From Amoeboradix gromovi X-113 (lineage: Eukaryota; Fungi; Sanchytriomycota), in contig JADGIF010000478.1 of NCBI GenBank assembly GCA_018985225.1, forward strand, positions 1 through 7,860: a stretch of DNA of 7,860 bases, given 5' to 3'. A program made the translations under genes and the position numbers. The notes beneath the pieces were generated by a model. It saw only the letters and a list, made by a program, of their open reading frames with translations. It searched no databases and was not told the origin of the DNA. Shown here one piece after another: positions 7,680 through 7,860 of the stretch (position 1 is the stretch's first letter; the number at the start of each line of letters is the position of its first letter).

Positions 7680-7860
7680 CGTTTTTAAAGGAGGTGTACC
7701 ATACGCAGGAAATGCTATCATTAATAAAAGATCTTCTATTATACCAATTTTCTTTCATTACTTTCAATCCCCTCTTCATAATAAAACTAGATATGAGGTC
7801 TTTGAGCATCTAAGCAAAAGGTGCATTTTCTTAGACGGTACTCTTTTCTAGAGTCATTTT

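Overview
AT-rich, very gene-dense eukaryotic DNA, most likely from a fungus or early-diverging fungal relative. Three conserved genes are present: a Taspase1-like Ntn-hydrolase (- strand), a LIM-domain RhoGAP of the Lrg1/Rga1 type (- strand) and a shortened cohesin regulator PDS5 (+ strand). The apparent frameshifts splitting the RhoGAP and PDS5 ORFs are each resolved exactly by an ultra-short 19-nt GT-AG intron. Both introns share the layout GTAAC-N5-YTAAC-N-YAG, and a third 20-nt candidate lies at the 3' end of the taspase gene. The gene block is bracketed by a 32-bp inverted repeat (30/32 identical, 143-174 and 7648-7679) that resembles a Tc1/mariner-type terminal repeat. A third, degenerate copy overlaps the PDS5 stop codon. 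The 656-bp divergent gap between RhoGAP and PDS5 is long for this locus and contains several hairpins and an Sm-site-like motif.
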